Shown here: piece by piece, positions 45,022 to 54,847 of the stretch
Layout: every line of letters starts with the position of its first letter
Numbering within the stretch: position 1 is the stretch's first letter
NCBI GenBank assembly: GCA_049511495.1
Contig: JBEKXZ010000003.1
Location: 117,411 to 181,410 of the forward strand
Reading direction: 5' to 3'
DNA length: 64,000 nucleotides
Origin: Bryobacteraceae bacterium
Lineage (GTDB): Bacteria > Acidobacteriota > Terriglobia > Bryobacterales > Bryobacteraceae
Notes under the pieces: model-generated
Seen by the model: only the letters and a program-made list of their open reading frames with translations
Told to the model about the DNA's origin: nothing
Databases searched by the model: none
Made by a program: the position numbers and the translations under genes

Positions 45022-47850
45022 TTAATGGCCGGTCGAGCCTTGCACTTGAATCGTCACCGGGTAGCTGGAGTATGTGCCCTGTGCGATGGTGCAGGCCGTG
45101 TCCCACTTGGTCGGCAGCGTGGGGTTGAGGTGCAATTGCACGAGGAAAGTGGCGAACATGCCCGGAACCAAAGTGTCAGTCAGCACGTCGGCGGTACTGC
45201 CACCGCATGTGGAGGAAACAAAACAACACGTGGTGGCTGGCGGCACCGTCGGCGGCGCACCGAGAGGGTATATCGATCCCGTAGTGATCAGGCCTTGGTT
45301 GAGTGGGGTAATGACGGGCAACCCCAGGCCGGTAGCGTAGACATCGATGATCTCGTTGGCGGCAGCCGGGTTCTGCGGCGTAACCAGCGCGCCTTTGATA
45401 TTGGCGCAACACAGAAAGGAGGGGGTGCCACCTAAGGCGGTCATGGTCGTGCTCGCACCGGCCGATACGCTGGCGGTGTAAACAATACCGTTGCCAGCGG
45501 GACCCGCCACGCGGGCCAGCAGGATAATGCGGTCAAAGTCCGTCGACGCGTAAGCAGTGACCTGCGGATCGGTGTTGATCAGAGCCACCAGATTGTCGCG
45601 GATGGTATCCAAGGTATCGCCCGGCGCCGTTGTGTAGTTGTAGGTCCGGCTGCCTACCGTGACGGTTTGGGTGTCTCCGGCCGCGGCCGTGCCGTCGACC
45701 GAAACCACACCGTGCGCCTGGCTCAGAGCGTGCTCGGCCACCGCTATCCGCGGGTTCGCGGACGGATCCTGCGAGAACAGGCCCGGGTTGCCGGGAACGA
45801 TGGACACCGCCACCGGTGAAGTCACCTGAATGCTGCCGTCGCTCATCACCGAGCGCACATAGGCGTTGATGCTTGTGGTATTGACGACCTCCCACGGAAT
45901 TTGAGCGTTGATCTGCGTCGGGGATACGTAGAGCAGCGGCACCTGAATGCCGTTGAAATACACTTCGACGCCGCCCATCTGCGTGGGCAAGGTAGGCTTC
46001 GACAGGTCGGCCGCGACCGTGTTGGAGCCGAAAGTAAACGGCGGGGTGGAGTTGCCGCTTTGCGCACAGCCGCCTTCGAAGACGCATATGGTAACCAGCG
46101 TGCCGGGCCCGACGTTGGCCGCTGCTCCGCCGCCCGTCAAACTAGCCGAGGGAGGGGTCGCGATGAGGTCCGCGCCGGATTGCGTACTCGCCGAGTAGGT
46201 GATGCTGTTGCCATTTGGTCCGGGAACTTTGGAAGTGAGGATCACCTCGGAATCGCCCGTGTCCGGAGTCGCGGTCACGTTCGGATCGCCGTTGCCCGCG
46301 TTGATCACCGCGACAATGTTGTTAATCACGTCCGCGATAGCGTCGGTGGCCGCCACCTCGTACGTGTAAGTTTCGGTATTCGTCGAGATGCACCCCTGTC
46401 CCCCGCAACCCGTTGTGACGGTCAACACGTCGCCGTCGTGGATTGAGCCGCCGATGGTTATTGTTCCAGTAGCGGTGACGTTTTGGTCGGCGGCGTTCAC
46501 CACCGCCTGGTAGGGAAGATTGACGGGCAGGGGGGTGTAGACGGTGATGCGCAGGTTATATGGATCCGCCACATACAGGTTCGTCCCATCCCACGCCAGC
46601 GAGGTCGGCGTGTTCATGGAATCGGCCGCGTTGGTTGCCTGATCCAATTCGCCGCCCTGCTGGCCAAGGATGATATCGGCGGATGCGGCGTTGGCAGCCG
46701 GAACGTGCTCGTACTCCAGTACGCGATCGTTGCCGCCATCGGCGACGAACAGCCGCGTACCATCCGAGAGCGCGAAGCGCGGATAGCTCAGCGTGGCATT
46801 GCATGAAACCGGATACGTCGGGGCTTTGTTGCTGTCCGTGCCGTTGGGTGTGGTGCAAAGCACCGGAGCTTCCACGTCTGTGGAGCCCGCCGTGGTTGCC
46901 GCAGTTCCCGTATAGGCGTTATCCGCCACGGAACTGACCATGTCCGGCTGCCCGATCTCCACGTCGGCCGGTACGCCGTTTCCGGTGGGGATGGAATTCC
47001 AGATCAGCACCCGGTTGTAACCGAGATCGCTGACGAACAAGTGCGTGCCATCGGAAGTCACCGATACCGGGTCCAGCATGTTGGAAGCGGTGGCGCTGGT
47101 GGACTGGTTCGCCACGGCCGTCGCGCTATAGGTGGTGAAGTTGGGCGCGCCCACCACTACGTCGGCCGCCACGCCGTTGGCGGTGGGGATGGAATTCCAG
47201 ATCAGCACGCGGTTGTTCTGGGTGTCCGCCACAAACAGCTTGCCGTTCTGGATCCACACGCCCTGCGGCCCGCGCAGCGAACTCGCGGTGGGCGGCGCAG
47301 ACAGGGGCAGCGACTGCCAGTTGGCGAAATTCGTCTGCCCCACCACCACGTCCGCCGGAGCGTTGCTGTAGGTAGGGAGGTGATTCCAGATCAGCACGCG
47401 GTTGTGGTAAGTGTCCGCCACCGCCAGGTGGACACCATCGGACGCGACCGCCGAAGGCAGGCGCAAATTATTCTGTGTAGCAACCACATCGACCGTATTG
47501 GTGATGAAATCTGGCTGGCCCAGCACCAGGGTTGCGGTCCCCACGCAAACAGGGCAAGTAGTCAGGTAGGGCAGTTCCGCGGCCGGCTCCGGCAGTTGAC
47601 TGGACATATTCTGGAACATCAACACGCGGTTGTTGACTGGCGCCGCTCCCATAATATTGGAATCTGCCACGAACAGCGTGTTGGCCGCGTAAGCGATGCC
47701 GTTAGCCGCGCCGAGCACCGTGTTGCTGGAATTCGGGTCCCCGGCGGTGAACGTGACCTGGCCAATCACGGCGCGGGCGGCTTGGCCATTCACGAAATCG
47801 GCGGCGTATAAGGCCGCCGAGCAGAACACGATTAGTGGAATACACTTCAT
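45022..47850 (-). CDS. Secreted NHL-repeat beta-propeller protein with Ig-like C-terminal modules (Solibacter-type C-terminal domain)
   Basis: 942 aa from MKCIPLIVFCSAALYA (signal peptide). Six NRVL(I/M)(W/F)-type NHL blades. Two roughly 60-aa internal repeats (TY.Y....D.....I..LVA.IN...DP.VTA). VYFNGIQVPLLYVSPTQINAQIPWEV module. Confidence 0.75.
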   Translation of the reverse strand: MKCIPLIVFCSAALYAADFVNGQAARAVIGQVTFTAGDPNSSNTVLGAANGIAYAANTLFVADSNIMGAAPVNNRVLMFQNMSSQLPEPAAELPYLTTCPVCVGTATLVLGQPDFITNTVDVVATQNNLRLPSAVASDGVHLAVADTYHNRVLIWNHLPTYSNAPADVVVGQTNFANWQSLPLSAPPTASSLRGPQGVWIQNGKLFVADTQNNRVLIWNSIPTANGVAADVVVGAPNFTTYSATAVANQSTSATASNMLDPVSVTSDGTHLFVSDLGYNRVLIWNSIPTGNGVPADVEIGQPDMVSSVADNAYTGTAATTAGSTDVEAPVLCTTPNGTDSNKAPTYPVSCNATLSYPRFALSDGTRLFVADGGNDRVLEYEHVPAANAASADIILGQQGGELDQATNAADSMNTPTSLAWDGTNLYVADPYNLRITVYTPLPVNLPYQAVVNAADQNVTATGTITIGGSIHDGDVLTVTTGCGGQGCISTNTETYTYEVAATDAIADVINNIVAVINAGNGDPNVTATPDTGDSEVILTSKVPGPNGNSITYSASTQSGADLIATPPSASLTGGGAAANVGPGTLVTICVFEGGCAQSGNSTPPFTFGSNTVAADLSKPTLPTQMGGVEVYFNGIQVPLLYVSPTQINAQIPWEVVNTTSINAYVRSVMSDGSIQVTSPVAVSIVPGNPGLFSQDPSANPRIAVAEHALSQAHGVVSVDGTAAAGDTQTVTVGSRTYNYTTAPGDTLDTIRDNLVALINTDPQVTAYASTDFDRIILLARVAGPAGNGIVYTASVSAGASTTMTALGGTPSFLCCANIKGALVTPQNPAAANEIIDVYATGLGLPVITPLNQGLITTGSIYPLGAPPTVPPATTCCFVSSTCGGSTADVLTDTLVPGMFATFLVQLHLNPTLPTKWDTACTIAQGTYSSYPVTIQVQGSTGH

Positions 47851-48080
47851 GGGCAATCGAAGGACGCGTCTCGCTGATACTGATAAATGCCGATTATAGC
47901 AAGCGTTAGCTCGGGGCGTGAACCCGTGCAGTGTGGACCGGCGGCCACACGCATGTGCGGATTTCGCACAACCAAATGGCGGGCAACCTTCCCGGTTCGA
48001 ACCACTTAGCAGCGCCAGATGGGGCACGCCGCCGGACCAGTGCACGTGGTCCGCCGATCTATCAGCCAAACGCCTTTCAT

Positions 48081-49751
48081 TTACGGATACGGCAAAATCT
48101 GGGGCGGGCGGGCGTCGGGTCGAACAAGCCAGACGCGGCGCGTAGGGTAATACTCGATCAGCTTTTGATTCTCGGCGTAACCGAGGTCGGCAGCCCAAAC
48201 TACGTCCGCCCCGTCGATATCGGCCGCGTTGTGGATCCACACGTGAAACATGTGCTGCGGGCCGTAGCGCACGAAGACCAGGTGCTGGCCGGCCAGCGAC
48301 GCCAGTTGGTCGTTGATGCGGATGCGGCCCTCGGGATCGCCGTAATCGATGAAGTCGGTGGTGTCTAAACGGCCGGCGGCGAGCAGCATGGTTTGATTCC
48401 CGCACAACATGCCGTACCAGAACAGGAAATGCGCCATCGCGAGGAATACGGTGAGCCGCGCCGCCGCGCGCCCAGCCGGCCAACAGCTTAGAAACTCGAG
48501 CGCAGCCACGCTCGCCAACACGAACACGCACGTCAGCGCGGCGATGTAGTGCGGATAAAAGTACGGATAGAAGTTATCCGCCAGCGCGAACAGCAGAATT
48601 GTTCCCAAAGCCCACAGCAGCCGCCGGCGTCGCGCAATCGCCGCCAGAAAAGCCGGCAGTGTCACTATCAACGGTGGGTAAAAGAAGAAACGGTAAAAGC
48701 GCAACCGTTCTCCCAGTCGCACGATATAGTTCGCCGGCGTATCGGGACCCTCGCCATGAACGATCGACTGGGCGCGGTAATCCAGATTCTGTTCCGGCGT
48801 CAGCGCGACATGCGGCACCGGGTTCGGCTGAAAAGTGAAGGCCGCCGGCACGCCATACTGGTAGCGGCTGAGCATAGAGGGGAGCGTGGTCCAGCTTCCG
48901 GTGACAGCTTTGTTCTGCGCCAGGGTGAGCGAAACGGCGGGCAGCAGCGTGACGCCGACAATCGGCAGAGCTTGCAAAAAGCGGCGCCAGCCTGCAAGCA
49001 GAAACACGGCAGCGGCGATCGCGAGCAGCACGAATTCGAAAGGCCGCGTGAGCAGTTGAAGTCCCAGGCCGGCGCCGAGCACCGCGGCGTTGCGCGTGGT
49101 GGGCGCGCGGCGCAGGCGGGGCAGCGCGCCGCACACCAGGCACCCGGCGACGCCCGAAACCGCGCCGCCCCAATACAGGTTCATCCACTGGTTGAGCGGA
49201 CCGAACTCGAGCGCGGCGAGCACGCCGCCCACGAGCGCCCAGCCCGGAGTCGTCCAGCCCCGCAGCATCCAATAGCAGCTCGCGCACAACGCGCCCACCG
49301 AAAGCGCGACACCCACCCAGCGATGGCCGAGGATTTGGCCAAGCGCCAGCACCAGGCCTTGCCCCAGCGGAAAGATGGAGCTGTAGGCCGGCTGCTGCAG
49401 TGTGCACACGGCTTCGAAGAACTGGTGCAGGGGATGCGCCGGATTGGCCAGGCGCAGGTGCGCCAGCGTGTCGCCCAGCAGCAGGTAGCTGAAATCGTCG
49501 GCGCCGCCCGGCGTTGGCACAGGGAAGCGCGCCAACAACGCCAGGCGCAAGGCGATCGGCAGCAGCGCCAGAAACAACATCGACCACGCACCGCTCTCCG
49601 CCAGGCGGCGTGCGGCCGGCTCCACGCGCCCGCGCAGTGCGGCCATCAGCACCAGCATCGCCGCCAACGCGAATTCGATGAAGTCCGCCGCTCCGAAGCC
49701 GATCGGGTTGTGCAATGGCAGAAACGAGCGGAAGAGATCGAAAAGGAACAT
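48081..49751 (-). CDS. Polytopic membrane glycosyltransferase-like protein
   Basis: 556 aa. GGADDFSYLLLGD acidic first-loop motif, more than 10 TM helices, and a soluble C-terminal domain. Confidence 0.6.
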   Translation of the reverse strand: MFLFDLFRSFLPLHNPIGFGAADFIEFALAAMLVLMAALRGRVEPAARRLAESGAWSMLFLALLPIALRLALLARFPVPTPGGADDFSYLLLGDTLAHLRLANPAHPLHQFFEAVCTLQQPAYSSIFPLGQGLVLALGQILGHRWVGVALSVGALCASCYWMLRGWTTPGWALVGGVLAALEFGPLNQWMNLYWGGAVSGVAGCLVCGALPRLRRAPTTRNAAVLGAGLGLQLLTRPFEFVLLAIAAAVFLLAGWRRFLQALPIVGVTLLPAVSLTLAQNKAVTGSWTTLPSMLSRYQYGVPAAFTFQPNPVPHVALTPEQNLDYRAQSIVHGEGPDTPANYIVRLGERLRFYRFFFYPPLIVTLPAFLAAIARRRRLLWALGTILLFALADNFYPYFYPHYIAALTCVFVLASVAALEFLSCWPAGRAAARLTVFLAMAHFLFWYGMLCGNQTMLLAAGRLDTTDFIDYGDPEGRIRINDQLASLAGQHLVFVRYGPQHMFHVWIHNAADIDGADVVWAADLGYAENQKLIEYYPTRRVWLVRPDARPPQILPYP

Positions 49752-49853
49752 CGGTCAGCGCGTCATCCTGCCGTGCATGTCACGGTTATAGCACGGAGGC
49801 ACGGCCTCGAGCCCGCGCGTAGCAGATTTCTTGAATCGAGCGCCTTGCGGCGG

Positions 49854-51065
49854 TCAGGCGGCACATACCGTGCGGGAAGCCGCCGTATCTGTATGGGCCT
49901 TGGAAACTCCTCGCGCCTGCACCATCAGCGCGGCGAAAACGAAACCCACTACCAGCGCCTGGCCCCACACCGGGTGGGAGGAAATCAGCAGCCAGATGAC
50001 CAGGGGCGTGAGCAGCAGCGCGGCCCATCCTCGCACCCAAAGCGGCCCTGGCTTCCACAGCATCAGCACCGCCAGCGGCATCAGCAAAGTGCAATCGTAG
50101 CCATAGCCGTGATGTCCCAACAACAGCCCGCAAGCGGCCGTAGCGGCTCCCGCCGTTCCAACTTCGCCCGTGCCGCGGCAAACACGCCACAGCAGAATGA
50201 TGAGCGCGGCGGCGGTAACCGCTTCAATGACGGCCGAGGACGGCAACCGGTAGGCTATGCCATGCAGATTGGGCATGCGGCCATCTACCGAAAAGACCGG
50301 CGCGCGCAGGATATTCCAGTACTGCAGCGGCCACGCCGGACCTTCAATCGGAAAGCAGGCTGCCAACAGGACCGCCACCGCCGCGCCGCCCGCCACCAGC
50401 GTCTGCCAGCGCTTCTGCGCCACCAGCAAGACCGGAATGGCTACGCCCAGATTATATTTCGTAAGACACAGCGCAAAAGCAACGCCCGCCCACCGCGGCT
50501 TACGGCGCTCCAGCAGCAGGAGGCCGGCCGCGAACGACACCAGCCACAGCGGCGTGTCCTGGCCCAGCCCCAGCAGGCAGCCGGCAGGCAGGGACCACGC
50601 CAGAGCCGCCACCATGAGCCTGCGGTTGACGCCGGGCCACATCCATGCGAACCCAACCAGCGCCACCGACAAGATGGCCAGCCACAGAAAGCGCGCCGGC
50701 CGGTAGCCGATCATCGTGAGTGGCTTCAGGGCGAACGATACCACGGGCAGGCGCCCGCAGGGAAGCGGCGGCCCGTGGTCCTTTTCCAACTCGCGCAGAG
50801 CGTCCCAGTCGTACAAATGGCCGGTGCCCGCCAGGCGGCTGGCCGAGTACAATACATTGAAATCGACGCCGCCGACGCCGCCGACCACGCAACTCACCGC
50901 GATGCCCAGGTTCAAGACCGCGCCTGAAACGCAGAGGGCCGCCAGAAGCAGATGCGTCACCTCTCGCCTCCGGTCCGGAGCCCCAGCGGGCAAAACCGCT
51001 GCATCACCCTGCGGACGGTCCGCTTCCGACGCGGCAGCTTGCTCGCCAATCCCAGTCTGTCTCAC
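49854..51065 (-). CDS. DUF2029/GT87-like polytopic membrane glycosyltransferase
   Basis: 403 aa (start uncertain). GGVDFNVLYSASRL...HLYD and LGQDTPLWL...RRKPRWAG....LTKYN patterns resemble GT87 mannosyltransferase-like proteins. Confidence 0.55.
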   Translation of the reverse strand: MRQTGIGEQAAASEADRPQGDAAVLPAGAPDRRREVTHLLLAALCVSGAVLNLGIAVSCVVGGVGGVDFNVLYSASRLAGTGHLYDWDALRELEKDHGPPLPCGRLPVVSFALKPLTMIGYRPARFLWLAILSVALVGFAWMWPGVNRRLMVAALAWSLPAGCLLGLGQDTPLWLVSFAAGLLLLERRKPRWAGVAFALCLTKYNLGVAIPVLLVAQKRWQTLVAGGAAVAVLLAACFPIEGPAWPLQYWNILRAPVFSVDGRMPNLHGIAYRLPSSAVIEAVTAAALIILLWRVCRGTGEVGTAGAATAACGLLLGHHGYGYDCTLLMPLAVLMLWKPGPLWVRGWAALLLTPLVIWLLISSHPVWGQALVVGFVFAALMVQARGVSKAHTDTAASRTVCAA

Positions 51066-51151
51066 CGGTTCCTCAGCGGTTAGGATACGAGATGCCCGCG
51101 CACCGGAAACAGTTGACCTTGGCTAGCGCGGCGTTGCTAACTGCCGCGGCT

Positions 51152-51559
51152 TCAATGAAGGAGCACGATGGAATAGATGGCCAACAGGTTCCAGACCACT
51201 ACTAACGCCACCCAGTAGTTCACCAGGACCACGACACGCGGCCGGCGCCAGTGCAGCGCGGCCCCAACCAGAACGACCGCGAACAGCTTGGAGATCAACA
51301 GCGCCGCCATCGGATCCATCTTCATGAGGCGTCTGATGAACAAACTGCCCTCGTGCGCGCCCAGCCGCAGGCCGAGCAGTGTAGTCAGGATATCCAACAG
51401 TTGCAGCAACACAAAAACGGCCAGTGAGTGCGTGGGGAATTCTCTGCGCAGACGGACGATCATGGCAAGGCTGGCGACGACGTGTGCTTCGATTCCGGCA
51501 GGTGACTCTTCGCCCAGGGCATGTTGGCTCGGGATAGTGCCAGACACTACTGATAGCAT
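51152..51559 (-). CDS. Small polytopic membrane protein (DUF5658-like)
   Basis: 135 aa with 3-4 TM helices. LLQLLDILTTLLGL...HEGS segment. Confidence 0.45.
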   Translation of the reverse strand: MLSVVSGTIPSQHALGEESPAGIEAHVVASLAMIVRLRREFPTHSLAVFVLLQLLDILTTLLGLRLGAHEGSLFIRRLMKMDPMAALLISKLFAVVLVGAALHWRRPRVVVLVNYWVALVVVWNLLAIYSIVLLH

Positions 51560-51565
51560 GAGAAC

Positions 51566-52375
51566 ATGGTGCAGTCAATTTGCTCTGCCGCTCTGGTGGC
51601 CGCACTGCCGCTCGCCGGTTTGTGGGCCGCCGACAATCAGTTGACGCCGCCGGAAACCGCGGCCGGGTGGGTGCTGCTGTTCAACGGCCGCGATTTCAGC
51701 CATTGGGAAGATCCGGCCCGAAAGTCGCCGGCGGGCGACTCTTTCGTCGTTGAAGATGGCTGCTTGAAAGCAGTGGCGCACCCGCGGATCGTGGAGGACC
51801 TTTTCAGCGGGGAGAATTACGGCGACTTCGAACTGGAGTGGGACTGGAAGATCTCGCCCGGCGGCAACAGCGGCCTCAAGTACCGCATTCAGGATCGCGT
51901 GTTCCTGAGCGGGCAGCTCGCCCCGCGCTTCGAGGATAAGGTCAACCAGGCGCTGGCCAAGCGGCCCGCCGGCCGCCCCAACCGCGGCCAGGAATACGTA
52001 GTCGGCTTCGAATACCAGATCACCGACGACATCCGCAACTCCGACGCGGTGCGCGGCGGTTCCCGCCACCAGACGGCGGCACTATACGACATTTTCCCTC
52101 CGCTGGCCAACCGCACGCGGCCTGTGGGCGAGTTCAACCACTCGCGCCTGGTCGTACGGGCGAAGCACGTTGAGCACTGGATCAATGGCGAAAAGGTGGT
52201 GGATGGGAACCTGGACTCGCCCGAGGTGGCCCGCAGCATGACGAAACGCTGGGGTGAAGGTTCGCGAGTTTGGGAACTGCTGGTGAAACAGCCGCGGGCG
52301 CGCTGCCCCATCTCGCTCCAGAATCACGGCGATGAAGCCTGGTTTAAGAACATCAAGATCCACCCGCTCAATTAG
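51566..52375 (+). CDS. DUF1080 (3-keto-disaccharide hydrolase-like) secreted protein
   Basis: 269 aa with a signal peptide. GW..LFNG.D.S.W, NSGLKYR, EYQI.DD, HWINGEKV, ISLQNHGDEAWFKNIKI. Confidence 0.75.
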   Translation: MVQSICSAALVAALPLAGLWAADNQLTPPETAAGWVLLFNGRDFSHWEDPARKSPAGDSFVVEDGCLKAVAHPRIVEDLFSGENYGDFELEWDWKISPGGNSGLKYRIQDRVFLSGQLAPRFEDKVNQALAKRPAGRPNRGQEYVVGFEYQITDDIRNSDAVRGGSRHQTAALYDIFPPLANRTRPVGEFNHSRLVVRAKHVEHWINGEKVVDGNLDSPEVARSMTKRWGEGSRVWELLVKQPRARCPISLQNHGDEAWFKNIKIHPLN

Positions 52376-52551
52376 CCAAACGAGCGCGGGCCACATCCGG
52401 CGCGTCAGCGAATGTAAAGTTATTCCTGGGGCTGGCTCTAATCTTTTGTTATTTCCGATCGGGGTCGATCGGCGGCCATGATTCTCTCGCGGCTCTTAAG
52501 CGGGCGGATGCCCAATTACATATGACGTTCCGTTTCCATCCGCCGCCTGCT

Positions 52552-52707
52552 TTACCAGCCGGCGCGGCGGGCGATGTAGGTCTTGATGGCAAGACCGGCC
52601 ATCAGAATCCATATCGCGTCGCGCAACAGCCCGCCATCGAGCGTGAAGCCGGCCAGGATGGCGAGCACTGCGTAAGTACCCATGGCGGCGCTGAAGCGGT
52701 TTTTCAT
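52552..52707 (-). CDS. 51-aa two-helix membrane peptide translationally coupled to the TonB-like gene
   Basis: Too short for the ORF track. MKNRFSAAMGTYAVLAILAGFTLDGGLLRDAIWILMAGLAIKTYIARRAGW. Its ATG overlaps the TonB-like stop (ATGA). Confidence 0.4.
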   Translation of the reverse strand: MKNRFSAAMGTYAVLAILAGFTLDGGLLRDAIWILMAGLAIKTYIARRAGW

Positions 52708-53744
52708 CGGCGTGGCATGTTGTAGGCGAAGTTAAGCTGGACCACAATACGCTCGCCTTTGAAGTCTGTCGGCAACGGAGGAAACGGGTTGGATGCGCTG
52801 ATGCCGGCCACGGCGGCTTCATCGAGCGGCCGCGTACCGGATTGCTCCGCATACACCAGCTTGAGCACGGAGCCGGTCTTGCCGATGGCAAACTGAATCG
52901 AGACATGGCCGCGCAAACCCATCTTGACGCTTTCCGGCATCACCGCCGTCCAGTTGCGGCGCACGGCGGCCAGCACCTGCATCAGGTAGGGCCGGAAATC
53001 GACGCCCATGGGATCGCTCTTCAACTCCACGTTGGCGCCGGGCACTCCGGGCGTGGGCGACTGGCGAATGCCGCCGAAGACGAACGGGTCGGATGCGCCG
53101 GGATCGCCCACAACCAGCCGGCCGCCGGGGCCCCCGCCGCGAGCGGCATCCTGGATCGCCTCCGACACCGAACTGCGCGGCATCGGCACGCGCCCCGTGA
53201 CCTGGCCGGGCGGTGCCGCGCGGCCGGCGTCTTCGACCGTGAGCTTGGGTTGTTCTGCCACCTGAATCTGCGGTTGCACCTGGGCGAACTGCGGCAGCTC
53301 GGGTTTGGGCGGCGCTTTGGTGGTATCGATTTTGGGAGCTTCGGGCAGCGGGACGGGAGCGGCGGGCTTGACGGCGGGCGCCGGCGGCATGACTAACGGA
53401 CGTAACTTCTCGTGTGGCGCGGCCGGCGGCGCCTGCGGCATTTCCACGCGCGGCCGTTCGGGGGAAGACCGCACCTCGAATTCCGCCGTGACTTTGCTGC
53501 GGTTGGGGGCTTTCTGGGTGAGCTCGGAGGGCGGCTCGATGAGGGGCGTGATGGTGCGCTCGAGCGCCTGCCGCGGTCCTTCCAGCACGTTTTCCGGCAG
53601 CGAGAACAGAATCACTACTACGGCTACGTGAATCGCGACGGTGGCGATGGCAGCTTTGCGATGCCGCGCGCCCGCGCCGGGATCGCTCCAGTCGGTCAGC
53701 AGGTGCAGTTCGGCGTCAATCGGCTGATTGGCTACGGTTTCCAT
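52704..53744 (-). CDS. TonB-family energy transducer
   Basis: 346 aa. N-terminal TM anchor, long Pro-rich spacer, and a C-terminal TonB_C-like domain (VSIQFAIGKTGSV...PFPPLP). Confidence 0.75.
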   Translation of the reverse strand: METVANQPIDAELHLLTDWSDPGAGARHRKAAIATVAIHVAVVVILFSLPENVLEGPRQALERTITPLIEPPSELTQKAPNRSKVTAEFEVRSSPERPRVEMPQAPPAAPHEKLRPLVMPPAPAVKPAAPVPLPEAPKIDTTKAPPKPELPQFAQVQPQIQVAEQPKLTVEDAGRAAPPGQVTGRVPMPRSSVSEAIQDAARGGGPGGRLVVGDPGASDPFVFGGIRQSPTPGVPGANVELKSDPMGVDFRPYLMQVLAAVRRNWTAVMPESVKMGLRGHVSIQFAIGKTGSVLKLVYAEQSGTRPLDEAAVAGISASNPFPPLPTDFKGERIVVQLNFAYNMPRR

Positions 53745-54694
53745 CCCGCGGTCAGGGTGTGCGAGACCACTTGCGAGTGCTCTTCGATTTTATCAAGAAT
53801 CGCCAGTGCCGCACTCAATGTTTGACGCGCCGCGGCCCCGGAACATTTCGTCAGGTTGCGGCTTTCCACTGCGTCCAGAAAGGCTTCCAGTTGCAGCTTC
53901 AGTGGCTCGCTCTTTTCGACCGGAGCTTGCAGAAAGCCGATCTGCCGCGCGGCATCCACCGAAAAAATGGCCAGATCCTGGCGTGCATAATCGAGTGACA
54001 AGTATTGCCGCGGCTGGAAAAGCCTTAGTTTTCGCACCCGCTCCGTGGAAACCCGGCTGGCGGTCAGATTGGCCACGCAGCCGTTGGGGAATTGCAGCCG
54101 CACGTTGGCGATATCCACCTTGGGCGAGAGGATGCAAATGCCGGCAGCGCGAATTTCCGCGGGTTCGGCCTGAGCAAGAGCAAGCACGATGTCCACGTCG
54201 TGGATCATCAAGTCGAGCACAACGTCCACGTCCAGGCTGCGCGGGCTGAACAGGTTCAAGCGGTGGATCTCGAAGAACAGCGGCAGGGTGGCGCGGCGCT
54301 CCAGCTCGATCACGGCCGGATTGAAACGTTCCAGGTGACCCACTTGCAGGATGCGGCCGTGGCGGGCGGCGCAATCGATGATGCGGCCGGCGGCGGCGGC
54401 GTCCTCCGCAATCGGTTTCTCGACCAGGACGTCGATGCCGGCTTCGAGCAGCGCGCAGGCCACCGCCTCATGCGCGCTGGTCGGCACGGCGACGATGGCG
54501 GCATCCACTTGGCCCGCCAGCTCGCGCGCATCGGTGAGGGGCACGCCTCCGTGCGCCGAGGCGGCTTCTTCGGCGCGCGCGCGGTCGATATCCACGATGC
54601 GGACGAGTTCCGCGCGCTCCGCTTCCCGCGCCACGCGGCAATGGTTGCGGCCGAACTGCCCCGCTCCCACTACCGCCAGTCTGATTTTCGACAT
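53732..54694 (-). CDS. Gfo/Idh/MocA-family NAD-dependent oxidoreductase (possibly a UDP-GlcNAc 3-dehydrogenase-like enzyme)
   Basis: 320 aa. Rossmann VVGAGQFGRNH, EKP motif, GHLERFNPA and DLMIHDVDI segments. Confidence 0.8.
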   Translation of the reverse strand: MSKIRLAVVGAGQFGRNHCRVAREAERAELVRIVDIDRARAEEAASAHGGVPLTDARELAGQVDAAIVAVPTSAHEAVACALLEAGIDVLVEKPIAEDAAAAGRIIDCAARHGRILQVGHLERFNPAVIELERRATLPLFFEIHRLNLFSPRSLDVDVVLDLMIHDVDIVLALAQAEPAEIRAAGICILSPKVDIANVRLQFPNGCVANLTASRVSTERVRKLRLFQPRQYLSLDYARQDLAIFSVDAARQIGFLQAPVEKSEPLKLQLEAFLDAVESRNLTKCSGAAARQTLSAALAILDKIEEHSQVVSHTLTAGWKP

Positions 54695-54847
54695 AAGGGT
54701 CTTTCAGCCACGGATGAACATGGACAAGAAAGGAAGTCAGAAGCCGGGAGCCAGAATCGCTCTCCGCCTCATGGTGCGCTCCGTGCTCCTTTCGCCGCCA
54801 TGCCAGCCGGACTTCTGTCTTCCGACTTCTGGTTCCTGACTCCTACT

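Noticed and set aside
47994-48003. GGTTCGAACC, resembling a tRNA T-loop
   Set aside because: The flanking bases do not form a T-stem, and no acceptor, D or anticodon arms can be drawn. It is not a tRNA.
47851-48531. N-terminal 227-codon extension of the NHL-repeat ORF (the track gives 45022-48531)
   Set aside because: The extension is Arg/Pro-rich and overlaps the well-formed membrane protein gene 48081-49751. A proper signal peptide begins at the internal Met (MKCIPLIVFCSAALYA) at 47850.
52496-52906. 136-aa minus-strand ORF overlapping the TonB C-terminal region
   Set aside because: It is out of frame with the well-supported TonB-like gene and has shadow composition. The real small gene in this spacer is the 51-codon ORF at 52552-52707.
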